Of a stretch of DNA of 64,000 nucleotides, positions 44,869 through 57,648 are shown piece after piece. Origin of the DNA: Paraspadella gotoi (lineage: Eukaryota; Animalia; Chaetognatha). The notes beneath the pieces are model-generated. The model ran no database searches. It had not been told where the DNA came from and worked only from the letters and a program-made list of their open reading frames with translations. The stretch lies in assembly GCA_051294375.1 (NCBI GenBank), contig JBJCIZ010000744.1, positions 86,206-150,205 on the forward strand, written 5' to 3'. Numbering within the stretch: position 1 is the first letter of the stretch; every line of letters starts with the position of its first letter. Both the position numbers and the translations under genes were made by a program.

Positions 44869-47800
44869 TCCTTCTCTCTCTCTCTCTCTCGCTCCTGTGT
44901 GGCCCTCACCCTCGCATTCTGGGGGGCTTCGCGTTACGGACTCGACGGGCGATTAGAATCGGTGAGCCGGTGATCGGCGTGGGCCGGTGCTGCGGCAGGA
45001 TGCACAGAAAATGCTTCCTTCCTGGCACGGTTCCTCGCCTTCACGAACGGACCCCGACGAGCGACGCACGACGATGGGGTCAGATTCATCGCCTCACGAC
45101 GATCGAGCAAAAAGTAGTTGAGAATTCAAGACAAAAGGCTTCGTGTGTGGGCCTCTCGCTCTCTCTCTCATTCTCGTTCTCTCTCTCTCATTCTCTCTCT
45201 ATATCTCTGTCTCGCGGCGAAGCCCCGCGGCGGCTCATGAAATTTTTACCCCCCCCCTTCTTTTCCCTCTCTCCCTATTCCCAACTTTATTCTCCATCTC
45301 CATTACTAATAATAATAACCGAGTTGCTTTCTCATTCAAATCCCCTCAAATTTGAATCCTAAAATATCGAATTGTCGATAGAACCTTTTAGCTCTCATCC
45401 CTATTTCCTTTTGACCCTTTGTGGTCCCCCGTCGCCCCTTTTCTCGAAAAACCTACTTTGTTTCAAATTCCCCTACTCTTTATTCCTTCTCTTCTTTTAA
45501 TGCCCTCGTTGTCTTCAGTCTTCTCTCATAATACGCGGAAGAAAGAAAATCAAGTATTTCGTTACCGATCTATTTCCTCTTCTAAACTATAAACAAACAA
45601 ACGCGTAATAAATCAATTTAATCTAGGATAATTCTAGATCTTTCTCTCGCCTTCCCCCCCCCCTCCCAGCCCCCCTCCCCCTTCACTGACGCCCATTTCG
45701 CGATTTCGGCGATACGCGCTTCTTTTTGATGTTTCTCGTCAGACTCCTTTACGCTCGTCATGTTATTCGTAACGAGCCGCGCGTTAAAACTCGATTCTCT
45801 CGAAACTGGGGGGCGACTGGGCGGTTTTGTGGGCGAAGCGTCGAAATTTATATCCGTTTTTAAAACCGCAATAGTTGTTCTTTTTAATATTTTAAACCCT
45901 TTTTAATCGATTCATGATAACGGATTTTTATTTAGATTTTAAAAAACTGTTTTATACACGGCAGAGTTTGAGGTTGTTAATTACTTAATTATAAATTTCT
46001 GGGCAATTTTGCACGATTATTAGTAATTTATTTTTTATTATCTGAACTTCATAAAGCCAATATATGAAGATTATTCATTCATTTAATAAATAAGCTATTT
46101 TCCCTTAGGTGAGACCGACTGACCGACCAAAAAGATTATTTAAATTGAGCTCGGGGCATTCGTCGCCACCTGCGTCTTTCCTTTGATCTTTTTTTTTCTT
46201 GTTTTGTTTTTTTTTTCGTTTTTTTCTTTTGTTGACGGACCTCGCCCTGATTCTTCTCCGCCCTTCCCGCTCTTCGTTCTCTTTGCGTCGATGGATTNNN
46301 NNNNNNNNNNNNNNNNNNNNNNNNNNNNNNNNNNNNNNNNNNNNNNNNNNNNNNNNNNNNNNNNNNNNNNNNNNNNNNNNNNNNNNNNNNNNNNNNNNNN
46401 NNNNNNNNNNNNNNNNNNNNNNNNNNNNNNNNNNNNNNNNNNNNNNNNNNNNNNNNNNNNGTCCGTGTGGGCGTTCCCCACAACGTCACTGTGGGCGTTC
46501 TCAACCTCATCTTTTCTAGCGAGTCTCTCCAGTGCTCACGCTAACGTAAAAGTCACTTTTGTGTCCAATTCCGACCAAAATAATTTTTCATCGGTTTTAT
46601 GTTTTTTGAACTGTATTATATTTTAACAATATAATTTACTATTTTTATTTCTTACTTTATTTGGTACTATAATTATTCTTGGTTGTGGAAGGCAACGTTA
46701 TAAAGTATTGTAGCGAGATGCTCGAACATATAACTGGATATTCATAAAGAGAGACTTCATAGTTCATAGTATAGTATGCAAACGAGTTTGGATTAAGTAA
46801 TAATACGATGATTGCGGATTTGGGATTACAAATCGTAACACTCATATGTTAGTTCCATTTCTGTTAACTCAGGTCATCAAGTTAACGCTTTTGATAGTTT
46901 GCAAACTAAAATGGGCAGTCTATAGGGGAATACGTCGCGTAGGCTTGCGGGTCCTTGCGGGAAAAAAAAATAATCGGCATTTTCAATCGATATTAGTTGC
47001 AACTCAATGAGAAATAAAGTCGTGAGTCATGCGAATCGGCTCTCCTCCCTCTCTCTCTCTCTCTCTCGTCTTCTCGTCCTCATCTCTCCTCTCTCATCGT
47101 CTCTCTTCTTCTCCCATTCCTCTCCTCTTCTCATCTTCCGGTCGTCCGCCCCTTCTCTCGTCTCCACGGGTGACGAGTCCGTCTGGTGGTCCCTCTCTAT
47201 TATGCCCCAAACGCTCTCGACAATCTAAGCACACCATTAACTGGGGATAATTCAACGTTGAATCGTTGCCGAACTTTCCGCTGAGGATGTCTGCGATATT
47301 CGTCAATGGTACTGAGTTGACTGTCTCGCTGATCCTTCCCTAAGACTCGCTTGATTGGCGCCGCGTCTTTTGTTTCGAAAATCAAAGAGGATATAATACA
47401 TAGTCCTATTTCCAAAATCAACTTAAATTGATACAGACTCGAACGTTTTAATTTAGAGAACTTACGATTAGGTTAATGTATTTCGCAAGCTACTCGTCAA
47501 TTTCTGGTTTGAAATTATTCCCGGATATCAGAGGGCGATCAAGAGGGGGGGCGGTAGAATGAACTCCGATGGAAGAGGAAAAAAAATCAAGATGCAATCG
47601 AGAAAAGATTGAGAGAGATAACACCCCCCCCCCCGATGGTCTCCGTTTCCTTGTTAAATGTGAAAAGAGGAAAAAATGTTTTTTTTTAGCGTGCTTTCTT
47701 CCATCAATTCGCTTAATTTTTATTAGTATAAATTATTTCTAATAGTTTAAAAAAAATATCAATTATTAAAGTGTATTAAAGGTGGTGTTTTTAAGCTAAA

Positions 47801-50800
47801 AAACCGAAGGGGACGTGAACGTCGTGCGCATAAATGTTAACATACTAGAAAACTTCCCCCCAAAAAATATGTAACAAAACTTGTAGTCAAAAATGGTCGG
47901 TATATCTCGGGCGACTATATTTATTTTTTGCTGAACTCCTCGGAGATAACTCTTTCTTCTACGTGTACTTCTTACTTGGTTTATAGCTCCTCGGTCTCTC
48001 TCGCGCACGCTGGCTCGATTTTATTAAAGTGATATTGGACATGAGATACAGTACAAGGGATACCTCGTCTCAGGTACGTCGACTCAGGGATAGTGTCCAC
48101 AGGTATAAAATCCAATACTCTCTACATCTCTCACGTCATCCAGAAATATTGTAAATGAGTGTGGGCGGATTTAGCGAATTTGTTAGCCAAGAATTCTTGA
48201 CGCTGATTAAGAAAATATTACGATTTTATATGTCTGTCGCCTACGTTGCTGTCATAAATCCCATTTCGTTACATCAATCTCTATAGGATTTAGAACCCGG
48301 CTTCTGCCCTTCATATAGCCGGGGCCCCAGCGCTAACCCCCTTCTTCTTCAATTTCCCTCTATCCACCTATTTAATATTCCCTCTCTCGCGCGTGTTCTC
48401 TCAACCGTCTACCAATATTCTCATTACCTTTCTGCTTTCATCATCCCTCCTCCCCTAAAAAAGGATATCGGATGACCTTTTCAACTGGCCAACACGGCAG
48501 GAATACATCGACGGCGCCTGGCGGGCAACTTGGCGAAGTCCTCTCCGCTTGCAACAACGTCCCCGTATATACAATCAGGAGCAGGGAGAGTGTCGAGACG
48601 ACGAAGAGCGCCTCGACGCCGCCTGAGAATGAGAGAGACTCCGGGACAGCACTGACCCCCACTCCACTTCCTGTGTTCTTTGGTGGCGGAGTGAGGGGGG
48701 GCGGGGTCGAAAAGTGGAGAAAAGGAGGCATGACGAGACGAGAAATCGTTCGCGCGATTTCATGGAGGTTCTTTGAGAAGACCTGGGACGACGCTTCCTA
48801 ACCGACGCATCGTGCCCAGACAACCAACAACCAACATTAGAAACAGACGAACTACAGTCAGCCGATAACATCAACGACAACAACAACAACTCACTCGGAG
48901 AGATGCAGTTCCTCTCAAGTGATCATACCTGTTTTCTCCTTCCGTTTTGTTCGTTTCTTTTGGAAGGAATTATGAGGCATAGCGCGTAGAGCAACGATTA
49001 ATGAACTATTGGAGAAGATCATTTGATTGTCATGTATAGAATATGGACAGTACTTTTAGAAGAAAGAAAGCGAGAAAGTATAGAGAGAGGCATCGCGACA
49101 GACATAAGAGAAAAAAGGTCTTTTCTGTCGAAGGCTCATGGACTACGCTGTCTCTAGGCGCGACTGTCTCTCGCTGGCTGTTTCACTGGTATGTGCTGCT
49201 TGCGACTGAGGCTTTTAATAGATCCGTGTCACTGTAGGTACTCATGGCGTTTTTCCATCACAAGGCGTCCTCTCTCTTTAGTTCAGAGTAGATCAGTAGA
49301 AGTTAAAATAGGCTCATTGAGCTAGGACTGGTCGTTAAGGATGATCCGATAGCTATTTTGGACGGTTGCTTTACAAGATTACTCTCTTTACATATTTTTT
49401 TAAGTTTTTTAGAGTGAAGAGTATGAGTGTTTTTAATTTTAACATTCTCTCAATGACCTATAAAAATAATCCATGCAAGTAAGAGTTCTGCCAGTACCAT
49501 TCTTTGGCCCAATTTCAATCCTTGTCTCTCTTTTTTTCAGTCATTGTTTCGATTTATTTAAGAGTTCATGACGTTGAGGCGATTGCGGTCATCGGCCATT
49601 AATTTTTGACCTCAAGTTCTCTCTCTTTTCTGTCCCTCTCTCGGTGCTTACATGGCCTCTCATCGTTACAGTCCTCTCGCTCACATTTTAATAATATCGA
49701 AACTCTCTCTGGCTCACATACCATTATAACTCATAATACATCTATTCCCTCTTATTATAAACTAAGCTATCCCTCATCCCTGACTTTGGACAGTTAGAGT
49801 GATGTATGAAAACAATTGATATAATCTTTTAGTACATTTAACATCATTTCTTCTCTTCATTTTTCCATACTTTCAATCTAACTCAATTGCAATCATAAAA
49901 TCTACTCTCGCGGACTTTATAAAGAATACGCTAATGTGTCGATGAAATTCTCATTTTTGTCAATTTGGTATTTTATATTCTCCTTATGGAGTAAAACTAA
50001 GACTTTATCTCTCCTCTCTTTCGACTTTGACAACAAATGGATATGCGACACTTGTCCGCGTCTGGTATTCTCTCCGATCCGACGCGGACATCGGAAGGCG
50101 CGAGCCGAAGTCGGCACTCTGACTCACGGGCGCCGTTGCGCGTGGGTCTTGGCCGGCGCCGTGCGATGCGACTCAGAAGAGTGTCCAGCCATCGTTATTT
50201 CGCGACGCCTACTTTTGTGCATTAGTTGAGTATGTGGCATGTGGAGGAGGGTAAGGAGGAGGAGTTGAAGGGTCATATTTGGTGTGGAGATTTAATTATA
50301 TGAATGGAAGATGGACAATTAGGGTACAGCGTATGTTTAGAGCCAATGTGGATAGATAGATAACATGATGGTTAACATAAACATGTGAGCGTGTGAGGTA
50401 TTACATAATAAGCACATTCTGGTAATATCATTCGACAGATTGTGTTTCCTAAGAGAAGGCTGCGATAACTTATAAATACATGAGTGACAAGAGAATTGCT
50501 TTTTTTGTTGTTCTTGTTAGATACATCTCCGAGAATGTCATACGTAGAGACTTCCCGAGGTATAGCGGCTGGCTTTACGCCGATGCATCTAGCGAAGTGC
50601 ACTCGTCAATGGCCGCCACGTGTTCGTGCCACGAATTCGGTACCTTCTGGGCGTAAGACTCTCGCTCCTGCCACAGTTTAATTGCGCTAGATTGCACTAC
50701 GCGAGAAAGTGAGAGGAAGAAAGTTCTGTTCTACCGAGTCTAGAACGATAGTGAGAGTCCGCACGGCAGAGACTTCTTTTTGCGGACCGATCGGTTTCGT

Positions 50801-52443
50801 ACCGGATGTAAATTTAACTCTGGCTGCCAGCTTGAGCTAGGAGGCGCGGAAGGCATATTTGAGGGCCAGCGATGTCCGTTTCTAGTGTTATGTCTCCGCT
50901 ACGAATAGGAGAACAAGTTTTGAAACAAGTCGCGTAATGTGACCTTATTCGCTTTTCTTCCGGCGCCAAGCTCTCGTATCCAAACCTAAGACCGCGCCTG
51001 TGCCTGCCACGGTAGGGATACTGCTCGTTCAGTGGCACGGACAGTGCTACTAGCTCAGGTTTTTAGTATGATCGGCTACGCTACGATTCGCCTGCCACAA
51101 AGCAACATAAGGTTTCCTCGTGCGGTTTTCTAAAGAATCGTGGCCGCGCGAAGCAAATTACATTTTTCTACGCTCGAAACGGGCTGTCCTTTTCGTCTAA
51201 CCTAAAGTTATATTCCATTGATTTTTTCGTCCCCGCCTAAATGAAGACCGAATAGAACGTTCCTTATGCATTGATTCTTTGCTCGTTTCGTACTGCCCGT
51301 GGGTTGACGGTTTTCCGCTGTCATGTCTTTCTCTTGGCGCTGTGGCATACCCGATTTTTGTTTCATGCCATAAGCGACTCTGGTTCTCAGCTCAGGATTG
51401 TGACGCGCTTAGTCTCTCTCCGACGTTGCGGCTTCAGGGCTTCACCTTGGAGAGTTTCTCCGACTCTTGGCTGTCGGTTCATGCGCTTCCTCTCTCTCTG
51501 TAGCTCGACAATGATTGGCGTGTTTTGAACGGATCTCGGTGACTCCATACGCTCTCTCAACTCTCGCTCGATACGAGCGTGAAGCTCAGTGCTTTATTTG
51601 ACACCATATCCGGGTTGTTGGCGGCAGATCATTTCCTGCTCCGGCGAAACGTTATGCTGTTGTGCGTCGCCGGTTTTATTTACGGAACTCGGCATTCAGA
51701 GTCCGCCTTCCCACTGTAGTTGTTAGTCTATTTCCACCTCGTGCAGTCTGGGATTCTGTTTGCCAGACCCCTGCCGAGTGGTGATTCCATTAGACCGATT
51801 CTCGAGCTACCTACTGTTCGAAGTGAGGGTAATCATCGAATGACTAACTGGGCTAAACAACAGACTTTAACCCGAACTCCGTGCACGTCAAGGGGCTGAC
51901 TACGGTCTTCTAGTGGCTTTCTCCCTTGCTGTGGACCAGAGTTACCTCTCATTGTGCTCCTCACATTCTGCTGCGGCAGAGGCGGGTCATTGGCTTGCCT
52001 ACCATGGCTCGCTCGTGACTCGATCTCGCTCCGTGCCTGTTACAGATGTTGCGCGTTCTCTTTCGTCATATAAGGCTGGCTCCTCGTGCCTCGTCTCTAA
52101 TATTGCCCGGTGCATTCCATTCGTCTTAAGTCGGTTCCTCTCTCTAATTCGCCGGCGTGTGGCTGTGGCCTCCAGTATAAATGCGCGATCATTTTCCCTC
52201 CCGAACTCTCAAGACAGGAGCCCATTGTTCGGATTTACCGGATTGTGCTGCTATAGAGCTTCGATCGATTCACACAGTGCAATTTCATCATAGCAATTAA
52301 ATCTTTTGTTTGCATTCTCTCTCTCTCNNNNNNNNNNNNNNNNNNNNNNNNNTCCATCGACGAGTGACGCTCCTTCCGGGCGGCAACCCCTTTCAATTTT
52401 TCCTCTTCCAAATTTTCGGACGATAATTTTCGATTTCGCGGCC

Positions 52444-52497
<54 letters not shown>

Positions 52498-52622
52498 AGA
52501 GGAGAAGAGAGAAGAAAAAAAATTTATGACTACCGTTTGCGGTGGCAGTTAAAATGAAGAGTTACAAGGCAATAAAAATCAAAAAATTAGCATTGAGCTG
52601 GGCGTCGGGGTTATTAATTTTT

Positions 52623-52695
<73 letters not shown>

Positions 52696-52932
52696 ATTTC
52701 TCATCTTAGGCTTAAGTACGAAGTTCAAACCTTGAGCGGTTATCAGAAAACCATCTTCTCTCGATTGAATTTATCTTTGTTTATTTATATATCATATTTT
52801 TAATTAATGGACAATGGTATATGACAAAATAACATTGTAAACAGGGGGTGATCTCTAAAGTCTAAATAAATACGTCGAATGCTTTTTTGTTTGTTCTTGT
52901 TCTTCGAATGTCCTCTAGACTTTCCAACGCTG

Positions 52933-53605
52933 TTACCCGTCCACGTCCCATGGCGCCACGTCCGCGGCGTCCCACGGCGTCACATCGGCGACGGAACTCT
53001 TGGCCGAAATAACGGATCGAGTCGACGAAGTGATCGAAGACTTTCGCTTCTCCGGCGCCGCTGCAGCCGCCGCCGAAACGTCCAGCGACGCCGCGTTGAT
53101 CGTCGTCGATTCCGCCAACTGTTCCGCTGTCGCGGAATCACTGGCTGGCGTCGTCGTCGTCGTCGTCGTTGTCGTGACTACCGTGGTCACAGTCGCTATC
53201 GAGTCGTTCGGCGTCGAACGCCCGTTCGTCGTCGCCGATGGCGTTTTGTCGCCGCTAACCGAGTCCTTCTTCGGCACGGGCGTCGCCGGTTTTTCCGAAT
53301 CGGCTCCCACTTTTTCCGGCGTCGGCGTCGTAGACTTTTCAATCTCGCCGACGTCTTTGGCCGACGTAGTTCTTCCGGCATCCGGGTCTTTCATGTCCGG
53401 CGTCCTGTTCGGCGTCGTCTTCGCGGCTTCGCCTCCGTCTTTTTCCGGCGTCTTTTTCTCGGCGTCGTTTGCGTCATTTCCCGGCGGCGCCGCGTTTCCA
53501 TTCGGCACGCCCGCAGAGTGATCGACGGACGGACGATAGAAAACAGTATTTTCTGTTTCATTGCTGCTCACGATCGAACTTGGCTCCGCTTTACGTGCGT
53601 TGAGA

Positions 53606-53656
<51 letters not shown>

Positions 53657-53697
53657 CCGCTGTGACCGGCAGCTGGAACGCTGCCCCCGCAGCCCAT
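52933..53697 (-). CDS. Uncharacterised low-complexity protein (254 aa) with an N-terminal myristoylation/palmitoylation-type motif
   Basis: Starts MGCGGS; poly-Gly and Thr/Ser/Pro-rich; codon bias like the other exons; 5'-UTR intron 53912-53751 (gtaagt ... ttgcag). Confidence 0.7.
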
Positions 53698-54088
53698 CAG
53701 TGCGACAGAGAATGTTGAAATGAGTAACGAATCACTAGGGAAAAGATTGTCTGCAAAGTGTATTGGGAAAAAAGGAAAATTGCTAAATGTAATCGTAGCT
53801 CATGAAAAAAAAATGTTAAAAATTAATGATCATAAAATGTTGATCAGCGTTACGCGACATTGAAATATAAATATTACATAGTTCATACATATACTTTTTA
53901 TTTGCGACTTACCCTTTTCATGGCGATCCAATTACGGCCGTCACGAAACTCACTTTTATATCCTACAATCGAATAAAATTCACTCTATTCAAGGCATTTT
54001 TTTTACACATGACAATATCGTTATTTTAAGGACATATATTTTAAGCTTCATAGAAGGAACACGAAAAGGATGCAGAAAGGTGCAGCAA

Positions 54089-54500
54089 AACAAGTTTGAG
54101 CGAACAATGCCGGATCTGCCCATGATAATCGAGCGATAATCAGCTAATCAGACGATAAGTTATGATTAATATTAAAATCGTTTGTATGTGTTATTATTTA
54201 CTATCAATATTTATAAGTTATTGTTTTTTCAATTTTTTTTTTATTTTAATACCAAAAACAGTATTCACATAAATAAAAAAAAGTTAAATTTAATAGAGAA
54301 ATATGATTTTTTGTTATTTGCAGTTAAATTCATTTGCACTCAAACGGACAGATAGTCATCGATTTTTTGCATAATATTTAATAATTCAATATTCTAAGAT
54401 GATCTTAGTGATTTACCGCTAAGATTGTGAGGTGGGACGGACTGACCGACAAAGTTTATCATAGAGCCGGAATCTGCGATAAGCAAATCCGACGAAAAAA
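54089..54500 (+). mobile_element. Non-autonomous Helentron/HINE (DINE-1/pearl-like) element
   Basis: 5' AACAAG then subterminal GCCGGATCTGC (~54109); short GGAC/GACC microsatellite (~54435); 3' hairpin GCCGGAATCTGC-gataa-GCAAATCCGAC (54466-54493) followed by an A-tract. Confidence 0.6.
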
Positions 54501-54589
54501 ACAATTATCATCTCGATTCGAAAAAAAAACTTTGCAAATTTGTGTCTCTTTTGTTTATAATTTTGTTCGACTAAAGTTTCTCTCTTTTC

Positions 54590-57500
54590 TCAATTGAAAA
54601 AATTCCGCCAAATCGCTTCGGGTATCGTGATGCAGCAGGCGGGCAGCTCGTGCAGCATCGACTCGGGATGCATTGTCATGTAGGTGGCGCAGCCGCCGCC
54701 GTCGACGAGCAGCTGCGTCCTGCTGCCGAATTCGTCGCCGTCGACGACGATGTCGTTGGGCGGATCGCGACATACGGCGCCGTTTTCTCGCTTCTCCACT
54801 TTGTCCTTGGCCTCTGGCTTCTGAACGACATTCTCTTTGTCCTTCACCTCGATCTTGTCCAATTTGACTTCCGCTTCGTGATTGTCTTTCTGCTCTCCGG
54901 GTTCCTTGTCAAGCGAGCCGATCCCAAGTCCCTCGTCCGATGTCGTCTTCACCGCGACGCCGTTTCCTCGTTTGGCGGCCTCTTCGGTTGCATCGGGCTT
55001 TCGAGTCGCCGATTCCGCCTTCTTAACGTTTAAATCCGCCCTTTTGGCCTTAAAATCCGTCCTCTTGGCCTTAGAATCCGCCTTGTTGGCCTTAGAATCT
55101 CCTCCCTTGGCCCGAATATCCACGACGACGGCAAGTGGCTTCGTCCAGACTCCCTCAATCTCTCCCGCTCTCTCTCTATCCTCTCGTCTCGCTCTCTCTC
55201 CTTCACCTCACCACCCCTCTTCCCCACCCCCTCTCTCTCACCCCCTCGTTTTCCACCACTCCACCCACCCACTTTCCCTCCGCTCCGCCCCGCTCGAACG
55301 CCCCCCGCGAGAAGGCGACCAACTTGATCTCCTCGACCTCAGAGGACGGCGACGAAACGATCGAGGAATCCCCGACCTTTCGCTTCCTAAGATTGGACAA
55401 CCTTCTCCTCAGCACTCGACTCTTTCGCATCGGCCGCGGAGGGTCGCCGGGGATTGGGGATCCTTGGAGATCTTCGTCGCTATTGGCGAAAGGCTTCGAC
55501 GCGATCCCGTCCAGTTTTTTCTTTCTTTTTACTCTTTTCTTGATCTTGACTCTGACTTTTTCATCTCCAATGTTATCCGGCTCGTTTGTTTTTTCTCCCN
55601 NNNNNNNNNTCGCCTCTTCTTCCTCCTCCTCCTCCTCCTGATCTTCTTCCTCCTCCTCCTCCTTCGGCCTCTCGCCGACGAGCTCCTTGGCGCGTCGGAC
55701 GCACTCGTCGAACCGGTCGCGGAAAGCCCGACCATCTTCCGACGACGCAAATTGAACGGCGGAGACGACGGCGGAGAATTTTCCATCGATGAAGTCAGCC
55801 TTAGCCTTCCACACCCAGGCCGTGTCGTTGGAGTCTGTCGAAGAGGAAATTTAATAATTAAAAAAATAGTTATATTATATATTATATTATACAACATAAC
55901 AAAATGTTTCGTAACTTTTTGTTTTATTTTGTGGATTTTTGATTTGCATTAAAAAAAAACTAGAATGATTTAATTTCCCAAAGTTTATAATCTTATTTGC
56001 ATATTGCAGTAAGGGCAAATGAAGGATTCATTCTTACTAAACTTTTTTTATAAAGTCGTGATATTAAAATTTCGTGGTGACCTAAAACCACTTAAAAATT
56101 TAGGTAACTTTATTTTTTGTATTTTATAAAACATATATCTTAGTGGTCCTTCGAATATATTTCAATTAACCGCGTTGAAAGTTTTGGAAAATACATTCGC
56201 CAATAAACATTTATTTTGGTTGAGATTAACAAGCTCTGCCGATCAAATTTAAATGTTAATGTAATTAACTCACCCCATTGACAACGGTATTAAATACCGT
56301 TCTTTTTGTAGGCTCTTACAGAGTCCGTTAGTAAAAGTTGTCCCAGTAGGCTTGAGAATACATACATACATACTTACATTTACCTTTTTAATTAACATGC
56401 CGCTCCTTGCGTAAAATTAACTATTTTCTATCTGCAGCCAAATTCATCCGTTTTTTTAAACATCAATATACTACATTTTAAGTACGTGGGGGTACAGCTA
56501 GCCTCATTAAATAATAAGGCTCTTTTAATGTTTTATATGATCACCTTCATTTGGCATGAGTTCCATCCCAGCGTCAAAGTAATGATTGACTACCGTTTTC
56601 ATATCCGGTTCTGCCTTCATGACGACTCGATCCACGTTCCTCGCGCCGTTCCTAGTGTGGATAAAATATGAGGGTTTTTTAAGTGGCTTAAATTTGAATT
56701 TATGATAATTGTACAACTACAATCATCATAAATTCACAGAACAATTAGTCATAAAACCGGATTTTTCAGATTGTGATATTAATTCAAAAGCCTGAACATT
56801 ACATTTTACCCACCGCAGATTTTATTTACCATTAACTTTTAATACTAAGTCAAAATACAATGTCTACAAATACTAAGTCCATAGTAAATAAAATCTTACA
56901 CTGATAATCAAACAATGTTCATTTGTTTTCACCTCAATAGTCGACAGAGGCCCTTCCCGGCGAATCTCCACTCGGGTGGCTCCGCAGTGTCGTCGAGTCG
57001 GTACAGGTTTGCCTCCAGACTCAGGAGGTTCTGCTCACCGTCCATGGGCTTTGGGTCGGCGGATTTTACGTCGGCAGGCTTTGCGTCGGCAGCTTCGTTC
57101 GTTTCTCCGTCGATCACCGACGATTCTTCGTCTTTTGTCACGTCGCCGACGAGATCCGCCGAGGCTGCTGACACGGCTGAAGCTTTTCGAGACGCCGCTG
57201 ACACGGCTGAAGCTTTTCGAGACGCCGCTGACACGGCTGAAGCTTTTCTAGACGCCTCTGACACGGCTGAAGCTTTTCTAGACGCCGCTGACACTGCCGA
57301 GGCTTTTCTAGATGCCGCCGTCGCAGCAGAGACGGCCGACGCCTTCCTCTCTCCCTTCTGCTCCTCTTCCTCCTTCTTCTCCCCCTTCTGCTCCTCTTCC
57401 TCCTTCTTCTCTCCCTTCTGCTCCTCTTCCTCCTTCTTCTCCCCCTTCTGCTCCATCGCCAAGAGCTGAAACCTGCGCAGGAGCGTCGGGTGGCGCCAGC

Positions 57501-57648
57501 GGAGGCGTCTCAAGGCTTCTGGGTCGTGACGAACTTCGGTCGGCTGGGAAGGGGGCGCGGCGGACGGGCGCCGATCGGGAGACCGCGAGGCGGAAGTGGG
57601 CGCGTCGGTGGGCGTGGCGGTGGGCGTGGTTACGGTCGGTGACGCCAT
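54590..57648 (-). CDS. Divergent Ran-binding-domain (RanBD1, RanBP1-like) protein with repeat-rich extensions; join of 57648..56933, 56651..56545, 55834..(55203 or 54590)
   Basis: Spliced reading LLSLEANLYRLDDTAEPPEWRFAGKGLCRLLR|NGARNVDRVVMKAEPDMKTVVNHYFDAGMELMPNE|DSNDTAWVWKAKADFIDGKFSAVVSAVQFASSEDGRAFRDRFDEC aligns with RanBP1 (AKLFRF..PEWKERGTG..NHYI..MELKPN..AWVW..ADF..AIRF..FEEC); both junctions are phase-compatible (phases 2 and 1). Confidence 0.85.
57160..57452 (-). repeat. Two coding 30-bp tandem arrays: (EQKGEKKEEE)x3 and (SRKASAVSAA)x5-6
   Basis: Read directly in the DNA and the translation. Confidence 0.9.
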
